From: Octopus vulgaris
Lineage: Eukaryota
Assembly: GCA_951406725.2 (NCBI GenBank)
Contig: OX597829.1
Location: 41,478,001 to 41,542,000, forward strand
DNA length: 64,000 bases
Reading direction: 5' to 3'
Shown: positions 12,051-25,097 of the stretch, piece after piece
Position numbering within the stretch: the first letter of the stretch is position 1
How the letters are laid out: the number at the start of each line of letters is the position of its first letter
Made by a program: the position numbers and the translations under genes
Notes under the pieces: model-generated
What the model saw: only the letters and a program-made list of their open reading frames with translations
What the model was told of the DNA's origin: nothing
Database searches by the model: none

Positions 12051-12327
12051 ATTGTTAATTATATTTTAACAAAATAAATGTAGATAACAAGAGTGGTTTG
12101 GAAGCAATGTTGGAATAATTGCAACGTAGGTATCAAATTAGCAAAAATAACAAACAAAAAAAAAGCCTCTGTGTAGCTAAAACTAGCTTCTAAGCATCTC
12201 TCAAATCGCATCCAGCCATATTTATAAGAGAAAGACACTTTGGACAGTCTATTATTGAATTTACAGAAAGAGAGGGTGATCATAATGGAATCTCTCTTAT
12301 CAGCGATCTGCTTCATCAATGATGAAT

Positions 12328-12770
12328 TCATCATCATCATCATCATTTAGCGTCCGTTTTCCATGCTAGCATGGGTTGGACGGTTTAACTGGGGTCTGTG
12401 AAGCTGGAAGGCTTCATCAGGCCCAAGTCAAGATTTGGCAGTGTTTCTACGGCTGGATGCCCTTCCTAACACCAACCACTCTGTGAGTGTAGTGGGTGCT
12501 TTTTACGTGCCACCCGCACAGGTGCCAGACAGAGCTGGCAAACAGCCACGAACGGATGGTGCTTTTACGTGTCACCGGCACGGGGCCAGGCGAGGCTGGC
12601 AACGGACACGAACGGATGGTGCTTTTACGTGCCACCAACACGGGGGCCAGACAGAGCTGGCAAACGGCCACGGACGGACGGTGCTTTTACGTGTCACCGG
12701 CACGGGGGCCAGCCGAGGCTGGCAATGAACACGAACGGATGGTGCTTTTACGTGCCACCGACACAGGGCC
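12328..12770 (-). mobile_element. RTE LINE 3' UTR fragment with ~55-62 bp internal repeats and (GAT)n tail
   Basis: Same sequence as the UTR following the RTE ORF remnant at 40490-41372. Confidence 0.85.
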
Positions 12771-13256
12771 GTAGTAAAATAACTGTGACAACAACAGCAA
12801 CAATATGGACTTAGGCCTAAAATTCTTTATAGAAATCGAATCAATTGCTTGTATGCAACATCATCATTATATTTATAATTGTTGTCACTCTAACATTATG
12901 ATCATTATCATGATTATAATCATCATCATCATCATTATAGTCATTATCATCACCATCATTGTCAACCTTTCTCTCTGCTTTTCCAAACTGGCATAGATTG
13001 GGTGGATTTTCAGAGCAGTGCTTTTATGGCCGGTTGCTTTTCCTGTCACCAACCTTTCCAATCACAATGTGTGGTTAACCTATTCTAAAACTGGGATACT
13101 CATGCTAAAATATCAGAAATCAAATATCAAATTTGATATCAGATATCAAATAATTTTTATATGCAAAACTCCATAACCTGTTAAATAATTGCACTTAACT
13201 TTTTTTTTTTGTAATTTAAGATACATTTACTTTCTTTACATGTTCACTGTTTACAC

Positions 13257-13450
13257 TTTACTCTTTTACTATAGCCATGCTGGAGCACCACCTTTAGTCA
13301 AGCAAATCGACCCCAGGACTTTGTAAGCCTAGTACTTATTATATTGGGCTCTTTTGCTGAACCACTAAGTTATGGGGACGTAAACACACCAGCATCGGTT
13401 GTCAAGCGATGTTTGGGGGGGGGGGGACACAAACACAGACACAAACGTAT

Positions 13451-13489
<39 letters not shown>

Positions 13490-13654
13490 AACAACAGGCT
13501 TCTTTCAATTTCCATCTACCAAATCCACTCACAAGGCTTTGATCAGCCTGAGGCTATAGTAGAAGACACTTTCCCAAGGTGGCATGCAGTGGGACTGAAT
13601 CCAGAACCATGTGGTTCATAAGCAAGCTACTTACCACACAGCCACTCCTACGCC
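13257..13654 (-). mobile_element. SINE family A
   Basis: Reverse-complement match to 3103-3484. Confidence 0.9.
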
Positions 13655-13829
13655 TATTTAATAAAATTTTAAAAGGTTCAAAATTAAAAAAAAAATTTGA
13701 TTGAAAAAAGACTACAACAGTATAAAAACAGCTATATTGCAATCATTTAAAACCTTTTACTTATCTTTTATTGGCTATCTTTTACTTGGTCATGTTGGGG
13801 CACTACCTTGAAGGGTTTAGATCAGTGGT

Positions 13830-14088
13830 ACAGTTCTATATTTAAGAGATGAGGAGTTACGTACATTAATTACATTATTTACATTTGAAGGATATTTGTC
13901 TTCAACTTATTTGTTGTTAACACATTTCGAGTGATATACCCTCCAGCCTTCATCAGATGTCTTGGGGAAATTTCAAATCTGGGTTCCCATTCCTAAGGTA
14001 TTTGATATTATTATTATTATTATTATTATTATTGTTATTATTATTGTTATTATTATTGTTATTATTATTGTTATTATTGCTATTATTG

Positions 14089-14179
<91 letters not shown>

Positions 14180-14350
14180 CATTATTATTATTATTCAGGT
14201 CACCGCCTGGAATCGAACTCGGAATCTTGGGGTTAGTATTCTGCACGCTTAACCGCTACACCTTATACCCTGAAAAAGGGCCAAAACATTGTGTTAACAA
14301 CAAACAAGATGAGCACAAATATCAATCAAATGTAAATAATGTAAATAATG
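13830..14350 (-). mobile_element. Fold-back non-autonomous element: inverted arms with degenerate HHR, internal tRNA-like head and (AAT)n
   Basis: 12-bp TSD TAGATCAGTGGT (13818-13829, 14351-14362); arms ~13871-13930 / ~14281-14350; minus strand CTGATGAAGGCTG..GAAA and TAGCGGTTAAG..GAGTTCGATTCC. Confidence 0.75.
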
Positions 14351-14554
14351 TAGATCAGTGGTTCTCCCCTGGGTCCTTATGGCCCTTGCAGGCCCACATA
14401 AGATTTCGTTGTTAAAATTTATCAGCCATAAACTGGTTATACTTCTAAAATGCACAAATTGTTAAAATTTTTTTTTAATACAATTCCAAATGATATTTAA
14501 TTGTAAAAATACAATAGGGTGTTTTTTTGTACACATCCAATAGGTATGCAGGTT

Positions 14555-14830
14555 CATCATCATCATCATCATCATCATTTAATGCCTGTTTTCCACTCTA
14601 GTTTGATTTGGCAGTGTTTCTACAGCTGGATGCCTTTCCTAATGCCAACCACTCCGTGAGTGTTTTTTACATGCCACCGGCACAGGGGCAGAGCAGGCTG
14701 GCAAACGGCCACGATCGGTTGGTGCTTTTACGTGTCACTGACATGGACACCAGTCAGGCGGTGCTGACATCTGCCACATTCAGATGGTGCTTTTTAAGTG
14801 TCACCGGCATGGGTATCTTAACTACAATTT
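14555..14830 (-). mobile_element. RTE LINE 3' UTR fragment
   Basis: (CAT)n followed by the family sequence. Confidence 0.8.
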
Positions 14831-15686
14831 CCATTTGATTTTTATTTTGATGTTGGTACTGATGTTCTTGATAGGTCTCCTCAAGAACAGCAGGTCACTC
14901 TACGATCCTAGCACAGCAGGCCATCCTGCGAGCCATGAACTCACTTCATTTGTTGGGTCTTCCTCAAGCATATCTCACAGCAGGCCGTCAAGCCAGGAAT
15001 TAAGGGTCCTATGCAAAAAATGGTTGAGAACCGCTGGTTTAGATGAAGAAATTGACTCCAGAATTTATTTTTAAGCTTGGTACACTGTTGGTCTCTTTGG
15101 CAGAGCTGCAGAGCTACCAGGATGTAAACAAACCAACGTTGTTATCAAGCAGTGTTGGCAAACATAACATACACATAAATACACACACACACACATATAC
15201 ATACACACACCACTGTTGGACAACCAGTGCTGGTTTATTTACATCCTTGTAACTTAGTAGTTTAAAAGAAACCAGTCTAAACTTTAAAAAAGTAACATTT
15301 GGCTATCTGTTCAGGTGGTGCCACAAGCCAATGACAAAACCAAGTCAAACATAAAAGTTGGAAAATCTGAAAATATTCTGATAAATGCAGGAGTGACTGT
15401 GTTGTAAATAGCCTGCTTACCAACCACATGGTTCTGTTCAGCCCACTGCGTGGCACCTTGGGCAAGTGTCTTCCTATAGCCTTGGGCCACCAAAGCCTTG
15501 TGAGTAGATTTGGTAAATGGAAACTGAAAGAAGCCTGTTGTATATATATATGCGTGTGTGTATGTGTGTGTATATATATATATTTGTATATATGTATATA
15601 TATATTTGTATATATATATATTTGTGTGTATATATATATATATATATATGAATAAAAATGGAGTTAACGCAGGTTTAAACAAGTAT

Positions 15687-15780
15687 TTTTACTTTCTACA
15701 TATGTTTCAAAAATTCCACTGATACTTATTCAAAAGAATAAAAGGTATAAACAATGCAATCTTTCTTCGGGAAAGTAAAA
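15687..15780 (-). ncRNA. Type I hammerhead-like motif in the PLE 3' region, long stem II insert
   Basis: TTTTACTTTC-CCGAAGA-...-GAAAC-ATAT-GTA-GAAAGTAAAA: 10-bp stem I, palindromic CATATG, U4C core variant, imperfect stem II. Confidence 0.65.
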
Positions 15781-15970
15781 CGAAACTGGTCAATACGACA
15801 TTTTAGCAAAAAATGATGGATTCGTATAGCGATAGACAGAACGCTATTAATATCGTTTAAAAAACGTTATATGATATAACGTCATAAGTAGCTAACAAAA
15901 GAGTAGGGATATTAATAGTGAATGTTAAATATAAAGAAATTAAAGTCTAAACTATATATAATGATAGAGA

Positions 15971-16575
15971 CTACTTATATGCACTAAAAGTATGTTTCTG
16001 CCAATGCTTACATCTGTATGCTCGTTCTATAACCGTGTTTACTAGAGTATTTTTAGAAAAAATAATGAAAAATAGCTCAGAATTGCAGAGAAGACAGAAT
16101 TTCTTGCCTTTGTCATATGGTATCGAAATTGAGAGGATCAACCATTCTAAATGAAATTGTTCATTGTGGTCTTTTAAATCCCAAATCAGTTTGCTGAGAC
16201 CGGTACTATTCCGTTTATTTCTATCCCTAAATGTTGAGTAATGGATAGAAATTCTCTTAGATAACTCTAACGATGTGCTTCCAATGTAAAATCGTACTTT
16301 ATTATGAGTACTGATTATACACTGGTATATAGAATTTTTAATCTTAGAGTTACTTGACATAAATTTAATTCTATTGGGATTGACTTCAGATACGATAACC
16401 TTGTTATTAATATTTCTAGAGGGTTGGATGGTAGTAGCTAAATTAATGTTAGTATTAGTAAATGTATTAATATTTAACAGTTTGTTATTATGAGAAGATA
16501 TAATTTGCAAGAGATTTTTTGTGTTTGAAAAACCTATCCTAACCTTATGTGAATTAATTATAGAGTAATATCTAT
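15971..16575 (-). pseudogene. Penelope-like element C-terminal fragment with GIY-YIG endonuclease (Nematis/Naiad-like)
   Basis: IISSHNNKLL...NSIYQC...FYIGST...KRISIHYSTF...STGLSKLIWDLK...CLLCNSE...RCKH. Confidence 0.85.
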
Positions 16576-16732
16576 TTTTTATTCATATTATTCAAATATT
16601 CAACGTAAATACGAAGTTTCAACCTATATAAACAAGGAGTTACAACATCTTTACTTGTGAATTTTTGCTGCCCTGGTAACTATTCATTCATTTATCCGTG
16701 TTAATTGTTATACAAGGTAAAATACACTCATA

Positions 16733-16821
<89 letters not shown>

Positions 16822-17137
16822 GTATGCGTGTGTGTATATGTTTGTGTGTCTGTGTTTGTCCTCCCAACATCGCTTGACAACAGATGGTGGTGTGTTTACG
16901 TCCTCGTAACTTAGCGGTTCACAAAAGAGCCTGATAGAATAAGTACTAGGCTTACAAAGAATAAGTCCTGGGGTTGATTTGCTCGACTAAAGGTGGTGCT
17001 CCAGCATGGCCACAGTCAAATGACTGAAACAGGTAAAAAAGTAAAGAGAGTATATGAATCTGTGCAAAGTTTTAATACTTCCCGAGAAAGTATTTTTGAG
17101 TCAAAAACTTGTTTCACACTTAAAAACTTAAAAGTTT

Positions 17138-17410
17138 GACTAGAGGGCAGCGCCTGCGTGAGCCCGTACAGTAGACTCGGCAGGTAGTACTGCTGCAACA
17201 ACAAGAACTTCTGCCGGGGCTTCAGCGCGGCCCGGCATAGTTCGTCTAAACATCGCGAAACTGTTTCGATCGACGCATCCCTATTCTTCGTCGACCATGG
17301 ACGAACCCTTAGTCCAAGGTATGACGTGCTATCATCAGGCTCGATTTTGGGCAGAGGACAACCGCCGAGTTTCGGGGGCGGTGTCACATTCCCGGACGAG
17401 CCCAAGGAGT
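17138..17410 (-). pseudogene. GC-rich fragment of R2-like reverse transcriptase (domain 7 and thumb)
   Basis: LPKIEPDDSTSYLGLRV...LDELCRAALKPRQKFLLLQQYYLPSLLYGL resembles the R2 YLG...APLKPQQRL..L..FLIPR motif. Confidence 0.7.
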
Positions 17411-17478
17411 TTCAGCGGTGGTGCCCCAGCATGGCCGCGGCCTTCGGGCTAAAACATTTTTAAGGATTTAAGGATTTA
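17411..17478 (+). mobile_element. CR1-group LINE 3' tail
   Basis: Nearly identical to 2393-2465. Confidence 0.9.
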
Positions 17479-17546
17479 ATTAGTTGAAAAAAAGAATGAT
17501 TTTGGCAAATAAAAGGCATAGAAAAAAAAAGATAATTTTCAGGGTC

Positions 17547-17897
17547 TGCAAATATTATTGTAATGTCCAGTAACCTGATATACAGGAATTGGCATCCTGT
17601 CAAAAACCATATTCTTGATTAGTTATTAAATTAAGTTGTGCATGGTGGTGATGAAGGTGGTGATGGTGATGGTGATGGTGGTGGGGTGGGTAAGAATGGA
17701 GAATGGACGGGGTGTGGTGGGAGTGTGGTGGTGGTGGGGGGGAAAGATGGAAGGTCGGGTTAACTTTTCGTGTTGTTTGAAATTCCTTAAATAGAATTTT
17801 CTTCTTCCCACCAATATTTTGAAGAATATTTCGTGTATCTGTTCCGTGAGTTATTAACTCCAGTCATGTGGATATCCTTGTAAATAAGATAAAATAC
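17547..17897. repeat. Local duplication, copy 1 (partner 24121-24462)
   Basis: Direct sequence match, with a 90-bp identical block. Confidence 0.9.
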
Positions 17898-18230
17898 AAT
17901 GTATGTATGTATGTATGTATGTGTGTGGGGGGTATCTATGAATGAAAGTATGTACAAGCATGTGTGTCTGTGCATGCATGTCTATGCATATATGTGGGTA
18001 TGTATATCTCTGTATGTGATGTGTGTGTCTATATATGCAGATATGTACCCATGTATAAAGATAAAAAACATGTATGAAATCATGTATGTATGTATATACA
18101 CACATTTACATTTTTTTCATACATATGTTCATATATAGATACATACATACTTAAGTCATACTCACACAAACACACACATATACATACACATATATATATA
18201 TATGCATACATACATACACACATACACACA

Positions 18231-18262
<32 letters not shown>

Positions 18263-18954
18263 AACAGAAACAAAACACAAATCTGCACAAGCACTGACTC
18301 CAAATACTACACATATATATATACACACATACATATGCAAAAATACCCTGCCATTGTTGTTGAAATTCCAATGGAATCTTGAACCTAGGTTAGAAACCAT
18401 TTCTTTCTCTATTGGCAAGAAGTGATGGGTTATACATTCTTCAGGTAAGGTTTCCAACCAGGTGGCTCACATCTCTATGGAAAAGGGCCGGCCATCAAAA
18501 ATATTCTTGCATCAAGACTCACAGAAACACTGCTTGACATCTTACTATAATGGGAGTTATGTCTGTCTGTCTGTCTGTTCCCTTTTTCACAGTCAAATAG
18601 CTGGACCGATGGTCATGATGTTTTTCGGGATTATGAAGGAATTAATCAGGAAGGTTTTTAGCACCTGTTCCAACTTAACCTGATTACTTTATTTTCTTTC
18701 GTTAATAAGAACTTTAATGAGATTTTAAAAATTTGGTAAAACTTTATTAAACTCCTTCCACCGCTCTCACCTGAGACATTTTTACTATATCTATGTTACA
18801 ATTGTTATTATGTTGGTATTTCCACTTCTTTAATACACTCAAATAACTGGTTAGAAAACCTGGGAACTCAAAACTATCTCTTAGTAAGTCACAAGGAGTT
18901 CATTTTAATCCTTCAGGATTCAAATTACTCTGTCAAATGTAATGCTTATTTTTA

Positions 18955-19430
18955 TGATGGCTGCCCCTTCTTTATTGAGTATGGCCATTGCACGAAGCTT
19001 AATCAATGTTGTTATCATGCAATGCCTGTGCAAGATTTTTTTTAAAGTGAGGAAAGGCTGTGCACTGAGTCAATCACACTCACTAAGCAACAGCAGCCAT
19101 AATCCGAAAAGAAGAACAAGTCAACATCATCGGTAACCCCTGAGCCGCAGGTTTTATGTCGGAGTTATCCCAGTTACCTGAGTTACCTTCTCCTAGAAGG
19201 ATGCCCTGACAAAGGCTAGGAGTCCTTCACTCCCAATAGTTTAACCGCGCGATCGGGCATTCTTTCCGATTATTTCTATGTCCCCGTGCATGATACAGCC
19301 TTAAGACATTTATTGGATAGCCGTTGACTCTCAAGAGTTCCTCCGTCCTTTGACGGGTTTTGTTTTTCATCCCGCAGGGTTTCCAATAAACACCCTCCTC
19401 ACCAAGCAAGCTTGGTGGGGTTGCCGGTTT
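18955..19430 (-). mobile_element. Probable internally deleted RTE derivative (5' UTR-like part plus 3' terminus)
   Basis: 3' terminus shared with 9465-9515; GC-richer UTR-like block at 19100-19430. Confidence 0.5.
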
Positions 19431-19576
19431 ATTTTTACATGTTGATGTATTAATTGTACATTATCTCATAGCTTTGATATTTCGAGGATGTAATTGTTTA
19501 TTTTTAGAATAACTTTGTAAGATAGGTGTGACAGGTTGGATCTGACCAGTTTAAACATAGAAAAGTAGAATATTTA

Positions 19577-19741
19577 GGTGCAGGAGTGGCTGTGTGGTAA
19601 GTAGTTTGCTTACCAACCACATGGTTCCGGGTTCAGTCCCACTGCGTGGCACCTTGGGCAAGTGTCTTCTACTATAGCCTCGGGCCAACCAAAGCCTTGT
19701 GAGTGGATTTGGTGGACAGAAACTGAAAGAAGCCCGTCATG

Positions 19742-19772
<31 letters not shown>

Positions 19773-19993
19773 ATGTTTGTGTGTCTTTGTTTGTCCCCCC
19801 TAACATCGCTTGACAACCGATGCTGGTGTGTTTACGTCCCTGTAACTTAGCGGTTTGGCAAAAGAGACTAATAGAATAAATATTAGGCTTACAAAGAATA
19901 AGTCCTGGGGTCAATTTGCTCGATTAAAGGCAGTGCTCCAGCATGACTGCAGTCAAATGACTGAAACTAGTAAAAGAGTAAAAGAGTGAAGAG
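19577..19993 (+). mobile_element. SINE family A
   Basis: Full-length match. Confidence 0.9.
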
Positions 19994-20124
19994 TATTTGG
20001 GACAAATACAACTGGTTTAATTCTTTAGTATTCAAATTATACTTTCAAATATTTGAGCTGAATTTGGCCAGTTTAAATGCTAAAGGGTTAAATGCACTTT
20101 TAAAAGAAAAAAATTTCTAACATA

Positions 20125-20294
20125 GGCGCAGGAGTGGCTGTGTGGTAAGTAGCTTGCTAACCAACCACATGGTTCCGGGTTCAGTCCCACTGCATGGCAT
20201 CTTGGGCGAGTGTCTTCTGCTATAGCCCCGGGCCGACCAATGCCTTGTGAGTGGATTTGGTAGACGGAAACTGAAAGAAGCCTGTCGTATGTAA

Positions 20295-20332
<38 letters not shown>

Positions 20333-20548
20333 ATGTGTTTGTGTGTGTGTGTTTGTCCCCCTAGCATTGCTTGACAACTGATGCTGGTGTGTTTACGTCC
20401 CCGTCACTTAGCGGTTCGGCAAAAAGAGACCGATAGAATAAGTACTGGGCTTACAAAAGAATAAGTCCTGGGGTCGATTTGCTCGACTAAAGGCGGTGCT
20501 CCAGCATGGCCGCAGTCAAATGACTGAAACAAGTAAAAGAGCAAAAGG
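20125..20548 (+). mobile_element. SINE family A
   Basis: Full-length match. Confidence 0.9.
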
Positions 20549-21263
20549 GAGATATATACAGAATGCAACATATAAAAGAAGTAAGTATTGTTGTACAGAG
20601 TAGCAGAGTGTAGGGATTACTGACACTTGTCAAATTAACTTTATCTTTGTCTCAGCTGACAGGTGTATTCATCCACTCCAGCATTGTTCCTCAGCAGCAT
20701 TCATTGAATTACATGCAAATTTACCAGAGAAAGCTCAAATAAATGTGAAAACTTGTAAATTGCCACATTGGAAAGAAAATAGCTACCTATACATTATACA
20801 ATGTCTGCCTAAGATTTTAAGACTGAATGTGATTCAAATTTTTCCTACAGATATGCAGGATTTTTTCTGCTATTCTTTTTTCCCTTCTTTTTTTTTGGGG
20901 GGGGGGTTTCCTTTCTTTTACCAGTTTGGTCTGGTGGAAGAGATTGGACCCATGGCTTTCACAGGTGCTCTGAGAGGGGTAAGTTGAATGTAATTCAAAG
21001 GAGATTTGGTTGCTATATCTTATAGGGGTGAGTAACAGATTACCTCAAGGACTTCATCACTGATGTGAACTTTGACCAGTGCTTTGAGCAAAACCATGGA
21101 AAACTATGGAACAGTAGAGCCAACCAAAACAAACATCCTACTTTTTTCAGTACTAGCAATCCCATGCCCTGCACTCTGAAACTTTTATTTTCTTCCATTC
21201 TTTTTCTGTCTTGTACTTCAGTTGGTAATGCCACTAGTGCTGGTTTCACAGAAGAAAGCACCC

Positions 21264-21715
21264 AGGTGGTGAGCTGGCAGAATTGTTAGCATGCCGGGCG
21301 AAATGCATAGCCGTATTTCGTCTGCCGTTACATTCTGAGTTCAAATCCCATCGAGGTTGACTTTGCCTTTCATCCTTTCGGGGTCGATTAAATAAGTACC
21401 AGTTACACACTGGAGTCGATATAATAAACTTAATCTGTTTGTCTGTCCTTGTGTGTCCCCTCTGTGTGTAGCCCCTTGTGGGCAGTAAAGAAATAAGAAA
21501 CGTTAGCATGCCAGGCAAAATGCCTAGCGGTACTTCATCTGCCGTTATGTTCTGAGTTCAAATTCCGCCGAGGTCGACTTTGCTTTTCATCCTTTTGGGG
21601 TCGATAAATTAAGTACCAGCTACGCACTGGGGTCGATGTAATCGACTTGATCCCTTTGTCTGTCCTTGTTTGTCCCCTCTATGTTTAGTCCCTTGTGGGC
21701 AATAAAGAAATAAGA
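21264..21715 (+). mobile_element. Two tandem SINE family B copies
   Basis: 21264-21496 and 5'-clipped 21497-21715. Confidence 0.85.
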
Positions 21716-22155
21716 AGAAAGCACCCAGTGCACACTGTAGAGTGGGTGTTGTGTTAGGAAGGGCATCCAGCATGGAAAACATGCCAAAGCTGACATTGCA
21801 TCCTGATGGAGTTCTGTAGTTAATTGGATTCTGTCAAACCGTCCAATCCATGCCAGCATAGAAAAACAGATGTTAAATAATGGTGATGATGATGCTGAGG
21901 ATGATGTTTAGCATTAGGGATCCTCTAATTCTTTTGAAGGTATGATAATGACCATAATAATGATTTTGATAATGATAACAACATTAGGAACCACAATGAT
22001 GTGAATAATGATTGGATTATAAGATAACTTAAGACTTAGTTTAATGTTAGTTCTTGAATTCCTTTACCATAGTTCACTCTGCTGCAAATATTTAAATCAG
22101 ACCAAACTAGACCAGACATCATGTCCAAATTTTTCCTACATATTGGCTTGACTTG

Positions 22156-22553
22156 ACCGCCTTGACTGGCTTCCGTGCCGGTGGCACATAAAAAGCACCA
22201 ACTGATCGTGGCCGTTGCCAGCTTACCCTGACACCTGTGCCAGTGGCACGTAAAAAGCACCATCCATACATGGTCGATGCCAGCGCCACCTTGACTGGCT
22301 TCTGTGCCGGTGGCATGTAAAAAGCACCAACCAATTGTGGCCATTGCCAGTCTCCCCTGGCACCTGTGCCGGTGGCACGTAAAAAGCACCTACTACACTC
22401 TCAGAGTGGATGGCATTAGGAAGGGCGTCCAGCTGTAGAAACACTGCCAGATCAGACTGGAGCCTGGTGCAGCCTTCTGGCTTCCCAGACCCTGGTCAAA
22501 CCGTCAAACCCATGCTAGCATGGAAAATGGACGTTAAACGATGATGATGATGA
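22156..22553 (+). mobile_element. RTE LINE 3' UTR fragment with 4 internal repeat units
   Basis: Repeated GTGGCACGTAAAAAGCACC box; (GAT)n tail. Confidence 0.85.
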
Positions 22554-22699
22554 TATGCAGGATTTTTTTCTGCCATTCTCACCCACCACTTTTTGGTTTC
22601 CTTTCTTTTGCCAGTTTGGTCTGGTGGAAAAGATTGGGACCATGGCTTTCACAGGTGCTCTGAGAGGGATAAGCTTCAAAGTGAAGTGATGATAAGATT

Positions 22700-23750
<1,051 letters not shown>

Positions 23751-23958
23751 TTCATCTTCTTCTGTTAAGTAATCTATTAAATTAGGATTGTTGCTGTCGT
23801 TATGTATTTTTTTTTTTTTGTTCCCTTTCATTAATTTTTATATTCTTTTTCGTTTCTCTTCTTAACATCATCCAGTCAGTAGCTAAATAAATGTTCCAGG
23901 ATTTTTGTTCTACAAAGAAAAGAAACACAAACAACAACAAAAGCATACACGCGTGCGT

Positions 23959-24011
<53 letters not shown>

Positions 24012-24120
24012 CATGCACATGGAAGAACCGTTTCTCAAAGAACATCTATCGGAACAGCTGAAAAAATATTTTTTAAAGGAACCTTGTATATCAGAGCTCT
24101 TACTTAAGTACATTTAAATA

Positions 24121-24462
24121 TGCAAATATTATTGTAATGTCCAGTAGCCTGATCTGCAGGAATTGGCATCCTGACAGAGACCGTATTCTTGATTAGTTAT
24201 TAAAATAAGCTGTGTGTGGTGTGTGGTGGTGGTGGTAGTGGTGGTGGGGTGGGTAAGAATGGGGAATGGACGGGTGGGGTGGGGGTGTAGTGAAGGGGGG
24301 GAGGGAGAAGATGGAAGGTCAGGTTAACTTTTTCGTGTTGTTTGAAATTCTTTAAATAGAATTTTCTTCTTCCCACCAATATTTTGAAGAATATTTCGTG
24401 TATCTGTTCCGTGAGTTATTAACTCCAGTCATGTGGATATCCTTGTAAAATAAGATAAAAAT
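24121..24462. repeat. Local duplication, copy 2 (partner 17547-17897)
   Basis: Direct sequence match. Confidence 0.9.
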
Positions 24463-25001
24463 ATGTGTTTGTGTGTGTTTGTGTGTGTAGATATGTATAT
24501 GAAGGTATAAATGTGCATGTGTGTATGTGCATGTTTGTATGTATGTATGTATGTATGTATGTATGCTTGTATGTATGCAGGCAGGTAAGTATGTATGTGC
24601 ATGTGGATGGTTGTATGACTGTGTATATATATGTGTGTGTGTGTTTATGTGCACATGTATGGATGTTTGCCTGTATGTGTGTGTTTATGTATATACAAAC
24701 ATACATGCACACACACACATGTATATATGTACACACACACGTTTGTATGTATGTGTTTATCATGTGCATGTGTGTGTGAGCATATTTTTAATAGCTTAGT
24801 CAGATGCCCTCGTGATCTTGGTGGTACCTCTGGGGTTTTGTGATGTTGATAACAGACAGCATTTAATTACCACATCTGTAAGATGACATTCACAGAGTTG
24901 GCTTGATGTCCTGAGTACGTTAAGCTTATGTTGATAGTTTAACTGGGATAACCTCATCCTCAACACGGTCAAAGGTTTTGCTATCATCAAAGAGCAATGA
25001 C

Positions 25002-25097
25002 ATTGTTTTTTTGATGAAGTTCTTAAGGGCATGGAACCACTGTAAAGTGATTGTTTTTTGATGAAGTTCTTAAGGGCATGGGACTACTGTAAAGTGA
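25002..25097. repeat. ~47-bp tandem duplication
   Basis: ATTGTTTTTTGATGAAGTTCTTAAGGGCATGG..ACTGTAAAGTG twice. Confidence 0.9.

Larger units (their letters stand above)
13823..15036. mobile_element. hAT (Charlie-like) MITE carrying two nested insertions
   Basis: TIRs CAGTGGTTCTC / GAGAACCGCTG; 8-bp TSD GTTTAGAT at 13815-13822 and 15037-15044. Confidence 0.8.
15386..17046 (+). mobile_element. SINE family A split by a PLE insertion into its internal (TA)n tract
   Basis: 5' half at 15386-15540, 3' half at 16850-17046. Confidence 0.8.

Noticed and set aside
10716-12077. 453-aa and 425-aa ORFs as genes
   Set aside because: Translations of trinucleotide repeats with no domain content.
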